Below, in pieces: positions 36,204 to 46,410 of a stretch of 64,000 nt of DNA; the first letter of the stretch is position 1; each line of letters starts with the position of its first letter. The stretch is from Wohlfahrtiimonas populi. Its GTDB lineage: Bacteria > Pseudomonadota > Gammaproteobacteria > Cardiobacteriales > Wohlfahrtiimonadaceae. The translations under genes were made by a program, and so were the position numbers. The notes beneath the pieces are model-generated. The model saw nothing but the letters and a program-made list of their open reading frames with translations, was not told the origin of the DNA and made no database searches. Location: the NCBI RefSeq assembly GCF_002006795.1, contig NZ_MVDN01000003.1:113957-177956 (forward strand), written 5' to 3'.

Positions 36204-38156
36204 TTACTTTACATCTATCTGAACCTCTTGTTCTGTGACATTATGTAAATTCCCATCAATGTCTTCTTCGACAACGGGCTCAGCTTCTTTTTCATTTTTA
36301 ATTTCATCACTATTCACAAAAGGATAAGCTTGGCTTTCAATCGTAAAGCGCAAAATACCATACAAACTTTTAATCAAACGGCGACAATAACTTAGATCAT
36401 TCATCACAGAACTTGTGCTAAATGCATTCACTTCCGCATGGCTACTTGCCAAGAATAGTTCACGGCGGAAAACGCGTTCAAATTGCTTACTTTTTTCTGA
36501 TAAATCATCAATCTTCACTAAAATTTCTTCACGCTTCACAGGATCAATCAAATCCTCATCTAGCGTGCTATAAATCGTATATAACGAACGCATATTTGTG
36601 TACACAAACAGCTTCAAGTCCTGATAGAAATCACGCATAATACTATCATGAACCGTTAAATAGCGATTAAAATTCTTTTGTAAATGGCGACCAGATTTAA
36701 CAGCATCCACCAATGATAAAGCCACCATTTGGCAGTTTAAAAGGTAATCTTGATAATAATCGGCATCTTCTGAATCCGAAAAATCAATGCGGCTCATATA
36801 GATTAAAATGTCGCCATATAAACCTTTAACATAACGCTGATACAAGATATTTGCATCCACAGATGCTTTTGTGTGGCTCTCTAAAAAGCTTTGCTCATCA
36901 AAAGTTTCTTTGGTCACATCTTCCAATGGAATATTTAAAGATAAGCACAATACTTCACTGCTTACTTCACCTAAATGCTGAACCTCTTTAAACACCGCAC
37001 CAACAGCTGCTGGTGGAACAGTTAATGACTGTTCGCGTAAGTATTTAGGCTGAATAGATTTGTCTAATTCAATGGGTTCATAAACTGTTTCGGCTGTTTC
37101 AACAACGACTGGTGCTTTAATTTCATTAGGTACAACTTTCTCTAACCAAACAATCAATTTACGCTGTAATTGCCAAAAGATTGAAACACCCAATACATTA
37201 AATAACGTGTGGAAAACAGCTAATTGAGTCAAATGATCTAAATCCAACTGTTTACCCAAATACAGTACGATATAAGTCAAAGGTTGTAACAAGATTAATG
37301 CCAATGAACCTGTCGTAAAGTTAAAGAGAATATGAGCAATGGCTAACCTTTTCCCTTCTCGACTGCCACCGATGAATCCAATCACAGCTGTTGTGACTGT
37401 ACTTCCCCAAATTGCGCCCACAGTTAGTATAAAACTATCATCCAATGTGATTTGCTTTAAACCTAACGCCGTCAAAATCAACATAATGGTTGCATGGCTA
37501 GATTGTAAAACCATCGTTGCCAAGAACCCAACAGTAAGCAGAATCAAGAATCTTTGAATACCTGATAATTGAAATTTAGTTAAATCAAAGTCTGTTGTGA
37601 AATCAGAGAAGCCATTTTTCATGTGAGCAATGGCTAAAAATATAAAGGCAATGCCTAATACAACTCGGCCTAATGCTTTACTTTTATCACCATTGAAAGA
37701 TGCTAAAACACCCAACACTAAAAGTGGATATGCAAATGGCGCTAAACTTACACTTTGCCCCGCCATCGCCAATAACCAAACACCTGTGCTGGAGCCTAAA
37801 TAAGCACCCAGCATAATCATAAAACCACCTGCTAAAGTGATCAATGATGAGCTGATGAACGCAATGATTAACAATGAAACGATCGTGGTGGATTGCAATA
37901 TCATGGTGGATGCAATACCAAAGACTAAACCTTTCCAACGCTTGGATGTACTTTTCGCCAATAACTTTTCAAGTTTACCACCTGCCAATTGTTGTAAACC
38001 ATCTGTCATACATTGCATGCCAAATAAGAAAAATGCCAAGCCAGAACACAGCTCAATCCAGCTAGGATTGCCTTTAAAAGAGTATAAAAGTATTGCTGCG
38101 ACTGCTAAAAATAGCGCATTTCGAATTTGATTCTTATCCATACACCACTTATTCAA
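36204..38156 (-). CDS. Na/Pi-cotransporter II-related protein (NptA/YjbB-like) with C-terminal PhoU-like domain
   Basis: 650 aa with duplicated Na_Pi_cotrans motifs (QSTTIVSLLI, SSTGVWLLAMAGQ) and a C-terminal alpha-helical PhoU-like region. Confidence 0.7.
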   Translation of the reverse strand: MNKWCMDKNQIRNALFLAVAAILLYSFKGNPSWIELCSGLAFFLFGMQCMTDGLQQLAGGKLEKLLAKSTSKRWKGLVFGIASTMILQSTTIVSLLIIAFISSSLITLAGGFMIMLGAYLGSSTGVWLLAMAGQSVSLAPFAYPLLVLGVLASFNGDKSKALGRVVLGIAFIFLAIAHMKNGFSDFTTDFDLTKFQLSGIQRFLILLTVGFLATMVLQSSHATIMLILTALGLKQITLDDSFILTVGAIWGSTVTTAVIGFIGGSREGKRLAIAHILFNFTTGSLALILLQPLTYIVLYLGKQLDLDHLTQLAVFHTLFNVLGVSIFWQLQRKLIVWLEKVVPNEIKAPVVVETAETVYEPIELDKSIQPKYLREQSLTVPPAAVGAVFKEVQHLGEVSSEVLCLSLNIPLEDVTKETFDEQSFLESHTKASVDANILYQRYVKGLYGDILIYMSRIDFSDSEDADYYQDYLLNCQMVALSLVDAVKSGRHLQKNFNRYLTVHDSIMRDFYQDLKLFVYTNMRSLYTIYSTLDEDLIDPVKREEILVKIDDLSEKSKQFERVFRRELFLASSHAEVNAFSTSSVMNDLSYCRRLIKSLYGILRFTIESQAYPFVNSDEIKNEKEAEPVVEEDIDGNLHNVTEQEVQIDVK

Positions 38157-38296
38157 TTAGAATTATTTATTAGAGTATGCCATTGTAACGATGATTGCTT
38201 GTTTTTGGTAATTTTCTTTTAAAATAAAACTGTATTAAAAAAGCTTTCCATCCATTGGAAAGCCTTAATGATTAAGCCATTAATAAAATGATATTT

Positions 38297-38680
38297 TTAT
38301 GCAATCTCACCATGTTTTTCTTTGTGAGATAACTCCACCATTTTATTATGCTGGTCCACAAAAACCACTTGCTGTTGCAATGTTTTTGCTTCTTCTGGCG
38401 TTACTAATGCATAGGCAATTAAAATCACAATATCTCCTGTTTGAGCATATCGTGCAGCAGCACCATTCAAACAAATTACGCCTGAACCTGCTTCGCCACG
38501 AATCGTATAAGTTTCTAAGCGTGAACCATTGTTCACATTCACAACTTGAACTTTTTCACCTTCCAATATATTCGCTTGATCTAATAAATCACCATCAATC
38601 GTGATGCTACCAACATAATTTAAGTTAGCTTCTGTCACTGTTGCACGGTGGATTTTAGACTTCATCATGGATAAAAACAT
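38297..38680 (-). CDS. panD: aspartate 1-decarboxylase proenzyme
   Basis: Carries [10 protein letters not shown], the GS self-cleavage site (YVGSITID) and [15 protein letters not shown]. The true start is probably a few codons downstream of the first ATG. Confidence 0.85.
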   Translation of the reverse strand: MFLSMMKSKIHRATVTEANLNYVGSITIDGDLLDQANILEGEKVQVVNVNNGSRLETYTIRGEAGSGVICLNGAAARYAQTGDIVILIAYALVTPEEAKTLQQQVVFVDQHNKMVELSHKEKHGEIA

Positions 38681-38747
38681 GAGTTTACTTTTATTCCTTT
38701 AATTGTTGTTGAGATTGAGTGGATTTAAGATCCTTTTTGGACCAATA

Positions 38748-39629
38748 TTACGCAAGAATTGCACCAGAGATATTATGCCAAACCGAAAAAATCGCCCCAG
38801 GAATTGCGGCTTCTGGGCTAATGTATTTAAACGCAATAGTCACAGCTAAACCTGAGTTTTCAACGCCGACTTCAAAGGTTGTCGCTCTGATCTTATCTTT
38901 TTGCGAGAAAATAATTTTTGCTGAAAAATAGCCAAACACTAAGCCAATCAAATTATGGAGCATCACCGCGAATAATGTGAGATAACCGTAATTGAACATC
39001 GTGTCCAAATTCACCGCAATGATGATGGAAATCACCTAAGCAATGAGCACTGTAGAAATCAAACCTGAAGCTTGGTTAATAGGATTTTTACCGTGATATT
39101 TCAACAATACCCCATTGATAGCAAAGCCAATCAATAATGGTAGGATCAAAATATAGATGATGTGCGTGAAAATACTCAATGCACTCACTTCTATATAACT
39201 GCCTGAGAAAATGAAAAACATCAGTGGCGTTAAAATCGGTGCAAGCATCGTATTCACAGTGGATAAAATCACTGAAAGCTCTTTATCACCGTTAGATAAC
39301 AGTGTGAGAACATTTGAAGCAACACCTGTCGGACAACAGCCCACTAAAGTCAATCCAATCGCTAATTGATCAGGTAAATTCATAAGCTTACTCACCATAA
39401 AACCAATCATTGGCATGGATAAATAGCGTAAACCTACAATGAGCAAAATAATCTTTGGTTGCTTCAATGTTTCTTTAATGCGGAATGAATCTAAATTCAT
39501 GCCCATCATTAACATAATGCCACCAATGATGTAGCTGATTAGCCAACCTTGCCCGTTGAGTAATTTCGGAAACATCACTGCGATCGAAACGCCGATCGCA
39601 ATCAACAATAACAGCGGTTTATTGTTCAT
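38748..39629 (-). pseudogene. bile-acid:sodium symporter (BASS) family transporter, possibly PanS-like, interrupted by an in-frame TAG
   Basis: ORFs 39036..39629 (197 aa) and 38748..39035 (95 aa) share one frame. They are separated only by an amber codon (+ strand CTA at 39036-39038) that is followed by GTG. Together they make a ~293-aa, 9-10 TM BASS-like protein. Confidence 0.55.
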
Positions 39630-39635
39630 GACAAT

Positions 39636-40466
39636 TTATACTTTCAAATTATCTAATAAACGTGTACTGCCCATTTTTGCAGCCGCTAGAATAATTAAAG
39701 GTTCTTTCGTGCTTTCTGCAATGGCAAGTGTTTCACGATTACGAATGGAAATATAATCCACAACCCAATCAGCATCCGTTAATTTTTGAATACAATCTTT
39801 TTCTACCCGACGAAGATCACAATCAGCATTTGCTGTAATTGTATCCTTCATAACTTGTAAAGATTGTGATAAATAAATTGCACGTGACTTTTCATCATCT
39901 GACAAATAACCATTGCGGCTTGATAATGCCAATCCTGTTTCTGCTCTACAAATTGGCACAGAGATAATTTCAATCGGGAAATTTAATTCAACAACCATTT
40001 CACGAATGATATGCAATTGCTGATAATCCTTTTCACCAAAACAAGCAAAGTTTGGTTGAACAATATTGAATAGTTTACTCACAACAGTTGTCACGCCATT
40101 GAAATGCCCTGCGCGCGTTGCACCACATAATTCATTTTGAATATCTGATGGCACAACTCGAACAGATTGTGAGCCATTCGGATACATTTCTAACGCCGTA
40201 GGTGCAAATACAGCATCAATGCCCAAAGCTGCTAATTTTTCACAGTCAGCATCCAATGTACGAGGATAACTACCAAAATCTTCATTTTCACCAAACTGAA
40301 TAGGATTAACAAAGATTGAAACAATCACATAATCTGCAACTTCTTTGGCACGTTTTACCAAAGATAAATGTCCTTCATGTAGATTGCCCATCGTTGGTAC
40401 TAACGCAACCGTTGTCATCTTATTACGTAAAGCGCGTAACTCTGAAATAGTCTGTATCACCTGCAT
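39636..40466 (-). CDS. panC: pantoate--beta-alanine ligase
   Basis: Carries PTMGNLHEGHLSLV (the HIGH-like motif) and the panC family pattern. I chose the start at MQVIQT (40466), preceded by a GGAGA RBS. The longer ORF-track N-terminus is unlikely. Confidence 0.85.
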   Translation of the reverse strand: MQVIQTISELRALRNKMTTVALVPTMGNLHEGHLSLVKRAKEVADYVIVSIFVNPIQFGENEDFGSYPRTLDADCEKLAALGIDAVFAPTALEMYPNGSQSVRVVPSDIQNELCGATRAGHFNGVTTVVSKLFNIVQPNFACFGEKDYQQLHIIREMVVELNFPIEIISVPICRAETGLALSSRNGYLSDDEKSRAIYLSQSLQVMKDTITANADCDLRRVEKDCIQKLTDADWVVDYISIRNRETLAIAESTKEPLIILAAAKMGSTRLLDNLKV

Positions 40467-40617
40467 ATTCTTCTCCATTATCATCAGTTGACGAATGATT
40501 ATACGCCTCAAACAAGAGATGTCTGCATCGTTTATGGACAAATGAATATGATCAATTGCTTACATTTAATTTTCAACCAACATTACTTTATTCAGTTAAA
40601 ATCATCCCATCAATATC

Positions 40618-40663
40618 CATTTACTACGTTCCTTATGATTCATTTACTACGTTCCTTATGATT
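40618..40663 (+). repeat. perfect 23-bp tandem duplication (CATTTACTACGTTCCTTATGATT x2) covering the start codon of the downstream gene
   Basis: Read directly. The first copy carries an ATG (40635) that opens an 8-codon uORF (MIHLLRSL*). The second copy carries the genuine in-frame ATG (40658). Confidence 0.6.
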
Positions 40664-41653
40664 CATTACAAAAATCTAATCTCATCCTTACAAGATAGTT
40701 TTGTTTTTATTGGCAGCATGCTTATTAGCACTGCCCTTATCTATCCAATCATAGGTATTCAAGGTGGCATTGCATGGTCATCATTTGCAGTTTTATGTAC
40801 TTATTCGCTCTATAATGCCAAACCTGATCGAAGCAATTTGTTATATGTATCATTTTGGATGCTTATCATTATGAGCAGCACATATATTGGCAGATTTTTA
40901 CATCTTTCCCCTTGGTTTTATTTGTATTTATTCATCATTGCTTATTGCTATTATTTTTTCTTTGGCCGTGATCCTGTCTTTGATCGTGCCATTCGCTTTA
41001 TCATCATTCTATCAACCATTGGCACGACCTTACCACACATCACTGAAGGCTTGCCACTGGGTGCTTTCATTGGAACTGTAACCGCACTGATAGTTTGCCA
41101 TTACATGATGAGAAAACATTACGACTTAGCTGCATTTAAACAAGGAATTTTTACACAAGATTTATTTAAACTAGACACCAATATTATTCCGCGCGCATTC
41201 ATATATAGCTTAGGTATGTTTATTTGCTTATGGTTGCCACTCTATTTTGGTTTAAATAAAAACTACTGGGCAACCTTAACATTCATTATGGTCATGACAC
41301 CTAAAGCAGAAAATGTTGTACATAATACACTATTACGCTTTATCGGTAGCTTAGCTGCTGTTGCCTTATTATACTTGTTATTTCAACTACCTAATATTCA
41401 TCAAGTTATTTTTATTGCTCTATTCTTATTCTCCTTTATATTACCATTATGCTTTGGTAATAATTTTGCGATCGTAACATTTGCAGTGACTTGTTACAGC
41501 TTAGTCCTTGTAGAAATTGCAGGTTATTGGCAAAATCCAACTTATTCATTATTGATTGATAGACTGCTAGAAACATTTATTGGTGGATTGATCGCAATTC
41601 TTATTAGTATTATTTTGAAATGCATACGTTCTAGCCACCGTCCACATTCATGA
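40658..41653 (+). CDS. FUSC-family (aromatic-acid-exporter-like) inner-membrane protein
   Basis: About 332 aa and polytopic. The C-terminal DRLLETFIGGLIAILISIIL matches the conserved FUSC/ArAE motif. Confidence 0.45.
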   Translation: MIHYKNLISSLQDSFVFIGSMLISTALIYPIIGIQGGIAWSSFAVLCTYSLYNAKPDRSNLLYVSFWMLIIMSSTYIGRFLHLSPWFYLYLFIIAYCYYFFFGRDPVFDRAIRFIIILSTIGTTLPHITEGLPLGAFIGTVTALIVCHYMMRKHYDLAAFKQGIFTQDLFKLDTNIIPRAFIYSLGMFICLWLPLYFGLNKNYWATLTFIMVMTPKAENVVHNTLLRFIGSLAAVALLYLLFQLPNIHQVIFIALFLFSFILPLCFGNNFAIVTFAVTCYSLVLVEIAGYWQNPTYSLLIDRLLETFIGGLIAILISIILKCIRSSHRPHS

Positions 41654-42805
41654 ACCATTTAATTTCTGTGTAATATTTAGAAACTCTTTTCTGATTTCAG
41701 GATTATCAAATGTTGCAATTTCTGGTACTTGCATCGTGGAAAATGCTTGAAAATCACGTTGACTATCCTGCATTAAAGATAAAACATCCAGTGAGACTTT
41801 CACGGTTGAATAAGTATTCATGGCAATGGCTTCACGTGATTGTGCTTTTTTCAAAATCGCTTTAGAATTTTTTGCTTGATCTTGTAAATACTTCATATAA
41901 CGATCGATCGCTTCTAATGCCAATTGGTTCGCTTCAATGTTTTTATCCAAGACCTTGCGCTGTTCTCTATCTGCTGTGGCTTTTAAACGTTTGGCATCTT
42001 CCAAGCTCTTTTTCGCTTCTACTTTATAAGTATCCAACTGCACCATATAAATTTTCTCTAATTTATAGATGAAGTTTTCCTGAATTTTCACAACCATGCG
42101 ATGCAAAATTGTCGCCATACCGTAATAACGTTTCACAGCATCAAAATCTTGTGCATTGGTTTCCATTAGGTGCTGTAACTGTTTCGATACCGCTGTTGCA
42201 CTATTGAATAACATGATGGCACGAATCGTATCTTCGCCCGTCACCGTTGTATAGAGGAAGTCTAATTGCTCAGGGTCTAATTTGACTCCAGCTTTTGCAA
42301 GCTCATCGCTCATGCCACTGCGTAATTCTAATAGGCTTTTTTCTAATTCCACTAAATTCTTTTCATGAGCTTCGATCAATTGGTCAAAATCTGCTCGTGT
42401 GGATGCTGTCCATGTTTTTAATGTATCAGTTGGCGTATATTTCATTAAAGTACTGGCTTCTTCAGAGACTGAAAACAAACGTTTTTCACGCAGTTCACGC
42501 AAAGTTTTACGCTCTTCACCAATGCGCTTTTCCACTTTAAAATAATTTTGACGCAATCCTACCAATTCAGGCAATTCTAAGCGCTCAATCAAGTCATCCA
42601 AATAATCATCAATATCCGCATTGGCAGAAGTTTTATCGCGCCCAAACCATTGACTTTCTGGTAAATCAAATGATTCACCTAAAACACTTTCTGCTTTATC
42701 CAAAATGGTTAAACCTTTATGATCCAACTGTGCAACGCTAACTTGCCCAATACAAGCCGATAAAAACAGTGCAATCACCGAATATTGGAATCCATTTTGC
42801 TTCAT
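41648..42805 (-). CDS. hypothetical exported coiled-coil protein
   Basis: 385 aa. An N-terminal hydrophobic signal or anchor (YSVIALFLSACIGQVSVAQL) is followed by long helical, charged segments. No family was recognised. Confidence 0.3.
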   Translation of the reverse strand: MKQNGFQYSVIALFLSACIGQVSVAQLDHKGLTILDKAESVLGESFDLPESQWFGRDKTSANADIDDYLDDLIERLELPELVGLRQNYFKVEKRIGEERKTLRELREKRLFSVSEEASTLMKYTPTDTLKTWTASTRADFDQLIEAHEKNLVELEKSLLELRSGMSDELAKAGVKLDPEQLDFLYTTVTGEDTIRAIMLFNSATAVSKQLQHLMETNAQDFDAVKRYYGMATILHRMVVKIQENFIYKLEKIYMVQLDTYKVEAKKSLEDAKRLKATADREQRKVLDKNIEANQLALEAIDRYMKYLQDQAKNSKAILKKAQSREAIAMNTYSTVKVSLDVLSLMQDSQRDFQAFSTMQVPEIATFDNPEIRKEFLNITQKLNGS

Positions 42806-42928
42806 TTTAAATACACCAAACTTTATAATTCTGAGGTTAACATTATACAGCTAAAATACTTTTATCAAATTATCATGAAAATTTAGTAAAATAGATGACG
42901 ATATCACTATGAGCACACAAAATTAGCT

Positions 42929-45058
42929 ATGAAAATTCAAGCAGGTCGTACAAGAAAGATTTTCTATCACAGTAATCTTTTATTCAGCATTCGCATCATC
43001 ATTGCCTTGCTTGGCACCACTTTAATCCCTGCGCTAATGGGAGAAACACGCACCATTATCCCTTTAACATTGGGGGTAATTGCAGCTGCCATTTCGGACA
43101 TTGATGCTAGCCCAAAACAGCGTTTGATCAACCTTTCATTATTGTTAGTTTGTTTTGCCATTGCTGCATTTTCTGTGGAATTGCTCTTCCCTTATCCAAT
43201 CTTATTTTTAATTGGGTTAATTTTATCAGGCTTCTCATTCACCATCATTGGTGCATTGGGGCAAAAGTTCTCTGTGATTTCTTTAGGAACATTGTTGATG
43301 GCAACATACACAATGCTAGGTGTTGGCTTATTTAAAGAGCAATATGTATTGTCATCTTTATTAGTATTGGGAGCTTTGTGGTACGGCATCATTGCTTGGA
43401 TTGAGTCTATAGTACAGCCAATTCGCACAACGCATGAATACCTCAATCATTCTTTCAAAACATTGGGCAAGTTCTTGCATGCTAAATCCCACATGTTTGA
43501 TCCAGATGAAACAGATAATTTTGAAATCCAAACTGCAGAATTAACAGCCATTAATCAATCCCTGATTAAATCCATGAATGAAAGTAAGCGCTCTTTATTC
43601 AACCGTTTGCGTGGTGATCAAGGGCATAAGCGCGTTCGCATTATGTTGAACTATTACTTTGTGGCGCAGGATATTCATGAGCGCGCGACTTCTTCTCACA
43701 TTAGCTATCAAAAGCTAAGCAACCAACTGAAAAATAGTGATATTCTCTTCAGAATTTCGAGAATTTTAGCCTTACAAGGCAAAGCTTGCGCTCAAATTGC
43801 AGACAGCATTAAATATCGCCAACCTTATAATCACAGCCCTTTATTTGAGAAATATTTCAAATTATTGGAAGAATCTATACAAAATGCAGAAATTTCATCA
43901 TCTTTGCGTTTAACTTTACAAAACATCATGAAAAACTTATCAGAAATTGATAAGCAGTTCCGCCAAATAAATCAAGTGAACTATATTTCACAAGATGCCA
44001 TTGATAATAATATTGTGGAAGATGAGGTTTCAAGCTTTAAAGATGCTTATGATCGCATTAAAAAGCATTTAACCTTGAAGTCTGCACTATTTAGACATTC
44101 TGTGCGCATCAGTTTAGTATTTGCGATTGGCTACATCATTATCTTATTAACGCATCTGCCTCATGGTTATTGGATATTAATGACAGGTTTAGTCATTTGC
44201 CAACCGAACTATTCAACCACACAAAAGCGTGTATTAATCCGATTTGCTGGAACGATTTTAGGAATTTTCTTAGGCGTATTTTTCGTTTACTTGTTCAATA
44301 CTTTGCCAACCCAAATCTTCGCCATCATCACAAGTGCTTGGTTATACTTCATCTTTAAAAACTCTCGCCAAGCTTCTGCCACTGTATTCATTACATTATT
44401 AGTATTCTTCAGCTTTAGCTTAACAGGCGAAAGCTCTTGGGATGTTGCTTGGTCACGAATCATCGCAACCATCATTGGTTCGGTTGGTGCATTATTGGCA
44501 GTATTTTTATTATGGCCAGATTGGAAATATCGCACATTACCAAGTTTAGTGGAAACAGCAAATCATGATAATGCCAACTATCTGAAACAAACCCATCGCC
44601 AATATCAAGAAACTCGCATTGATAATGTAGATTATCGCTATGCGCGCCGTGAAGCCTACGATAACTCAGCAGATTTATCTGAGCTGATCAGCATTATGTC
44701 CAATGAGCCTAAAGTTGACCATGATTTGATCGATAAAGCCTTTAGATTTTTAACACTGAATCATACATTCATTAGTTACATTGCAACTTTGGGTGTACAT
44801 CGTGCATCTAAACTTTCTCCTGAAATCCAAGTGATTTTCAATAATATCGAACGTTTTATTTATGATGCACTTTATAATAACAATATCGATGTAGAACAAT
44901 CCCAAGCATTTTGTGATGCACTGCAAGAAATGCTTGATACTTTCAATGATTACGATTACACCAACATTGATTATCAAGTCATTTTACAATTGCAACTGAT
45001 GCTACAAATTTTGCCTGAGATTATTGAAACATCACAAGCCATCAGAACTAAAATCTAA
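42929..45058 (+). CDS. YccS/YhfK-family integral membrane protein (FUSC superfamily, duplicated membrane domain)
   Basis: 709 aa with two clusters of TM helices separated by a long cytoplasmic helical linker, matching the YccS architecture. Confidence 0.6.
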   Translation: MKIQAGRTRKIFYHSNLLFSIRIIIALLGTTLIPALMGETRTIIPLTLGVIAAAISDIDASPKQRLINLSLLLVCFAIAAFSVELLFPYPILFLIGLILSGFSFTIIGALGQKFSVISLGTLLMATYTMLGVGLFKEQYVLSSLLVLGALWYGIIAWIESIVQPIRTTHEYLNHSFKTLGKFLHAKSHMFDPDETDNFEIQTAELTAINQSLIKSMNESKRSLFNRLRGDQGHKRVRIMLNYYFVAQDIHERATSSHISYQKLSNQLKNSDILFRISRILALQGKACAQIADSIKYRQPYNHSPLFEKYFKLLEESIQNAEISSSLRLTLQNIMKNLSEIDKQFRQINQVNYISQDAIDNNIVEDEVSSFKDAYDRIKKHLTLKSALFRHSVRISLVFAIGYIIILLTHLPHGYWILMTGLVICQPNYSTTQKRVLIRFAGTILGIFLGVFFVYLFNTLPTQIFAIITSAWLYFIFKNSRQASATVFITLLVFFSFSLTGESSWDVAWSRIIATIIGSVGALLAVFLLWPDWKYRTLPSLVETANHDNANYLKQTHRQYQETRIDNVDYRYARREAYDNSADLSELISIMSNEPKVDHDLIDKAFRFLTLNHTFISYIATLGVHRASKLSPEIQVIFNNIERFIYDALYNNNIDVEQSQAFCDALQEMLDTFNDYDYTNIDYQVILQLQLMLQILPEIIETSQAIRTKI

Positions 45059-45078
45059 GTTATTTACTCAAACTTATT

Positions 45079-46296
45079 TTAATGTGTGACAACATCTTTT
45101 GGTATTGTTGCATTTAAAAATTGCTGTTTGTATTTCATAAATAAGAAAAGTGCCAATAACAGTGCAACAATACTAATGCCTGCACCCACAAAACCAACAG
45201 ATTCCAAGTTAATTTTAGTGATTACAATATTGCCAATCAATGCGCCACCGCCAATGCCAATATTAAAAATCCCAGAGAAAATGGACATGGAAACATCCGT
45301 TGCATCAGATGCTAAATCCAACACTTTCACTTGCAGAGCTAACATCACACACATACTTGCAATTCCCCAGAAAAATGAAAGAACAAATAACGCGATGGCA
45401 GATGATGCAATGGGCAATAATAAAATCGTACAAATTGTTAATAGCACAATGAATAACGGTAGAAAGGTTAAAGGATTACGACCATTGTATTTGCTAAATA
45501 AAATGCTTCCCACAATGCCTGCACCACCAAATACTAGTAATAATAACGTTGTGTAATTGGAAGAAACTTTAGCAATTTGTTCTGCGAATGGCTCAATGTA
45601 ACTGTAAGCAGTGAAATGTGCTGTGACACAAATTGCAGTTAAAACAAAAATTCCCACCAAAGCAGGTCTTTTAAAGATAATAGGCAAACTCTTTAATGAG
45701 CCTGCGTTTTGGCTAGGTAATTTTGGTAATACTCGCATTAATATTATTAATGTCACCAATGCCAATCCCCCAATGCAGAGGAAAGTAAAGCGCCAACCAA
45801 TGGCTTGCCCAATCAATCGCCCAATTGGAATCCCTAAAACTGTTGCTAAAGCTGTGCCTGTCGCAATAATGCCCAACGCTTGTGACTTACGACCAACAGG
45901 TGCAATTCGCACTGCTAACGCTGCTGTGATTGACCAGAAAATTGCATGGGCAATTGCGATGCCAATCCGCCCGATGATTAATGTCGTGAATGAATTCGCA
46001 AAGAAACAGATGATATGGCTAATGATGAAAATGACAAATATAAATAGCAATAAGCGCTTACACTCTACATTACCAACCATCAGCAAAAGCGGCAAAGATG
46101 CCAAAGCCACAACCCAAGCATAAATCGTAATCATAATGCCTGCTTTTGCGGCGGACATGCCAAAATCACGGCCAATATCCGTCAATAATGCAATGGGAAT
46201 AAATTCTGTGGTGTTGAATACAAATGCTGCAAATGCAAGACTCATCACGCCCAACCAAGCTATATTAACATGGTGACTTTTCTGTACTTGCTTCAC
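45079..46296 (-). CDS. MFS transporter (sugar/drug efflux SotB/YdeA-like)
   Basis: 405 aa with 12 TM segments and the MFS motif region GRIGIAIAHA. Confidence 0.7.
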   Translation of the reverse strand: MKQVQKSHHVNIAWLGVMSLAFAAFVFNTTEFIPIALLTDIGRDFGMSAAKAGIMITIYAWVVALASLPLLLMVGNVECKRLLLFIFVIFIISHIICFFANSFTTLIIGRIGIAIAHAIFWSITAALAVRIAPVGRKSQALGIIATGTALATVLGIPIGRLIGQAIGWRFTFLCIGGLALVTLIILMRVLPKLPSQNAGSLKSLPIIFKRPALVGIFVLTAICVTAHFTAYSYIEPFAEQIAKVSSNYTTLLLLVFGGAGIVGSILFSKYNGRNPLTFLPLFIVLLTICTILLLPIASSAIALFVLSFFWGIASMCVMLALQVKVLDLASDATDVSMSIFSGIFNIGIGGGALIGNIVITKINLESVGFVGAGISIVALLLALFLFMKYKQQFLNATIPKDVVTH

Positions 46297-46410
46297 GCTC
46301 TATCCTTTTATTTTAAAATTTAAGCCATATATTTTAGTCCAATAAAAAATCCCCTGAATAATTATTTCAGAGGATTTTAATAACAAATTTCAATGCCTAG
46401 AATTTAAGGG

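Noticed and set aside
39033-39038. In-frame TAG in the BASS gene considered as programmed readthrough or selenocysteine/pyrrolysine recoding
   Set aside because: The codon is TAG, not TGA, and there is no SECIS-like hairpin or pyl gene context. Nonsense mutation or sequence error is more parsimonious.
40618-40663. Tandem 23-bp repeat considered as a CRISPR-like or minisatellite array
   Set aside because: There are only two copies, no spacer structure and no cas genes. It is a simple duplication.
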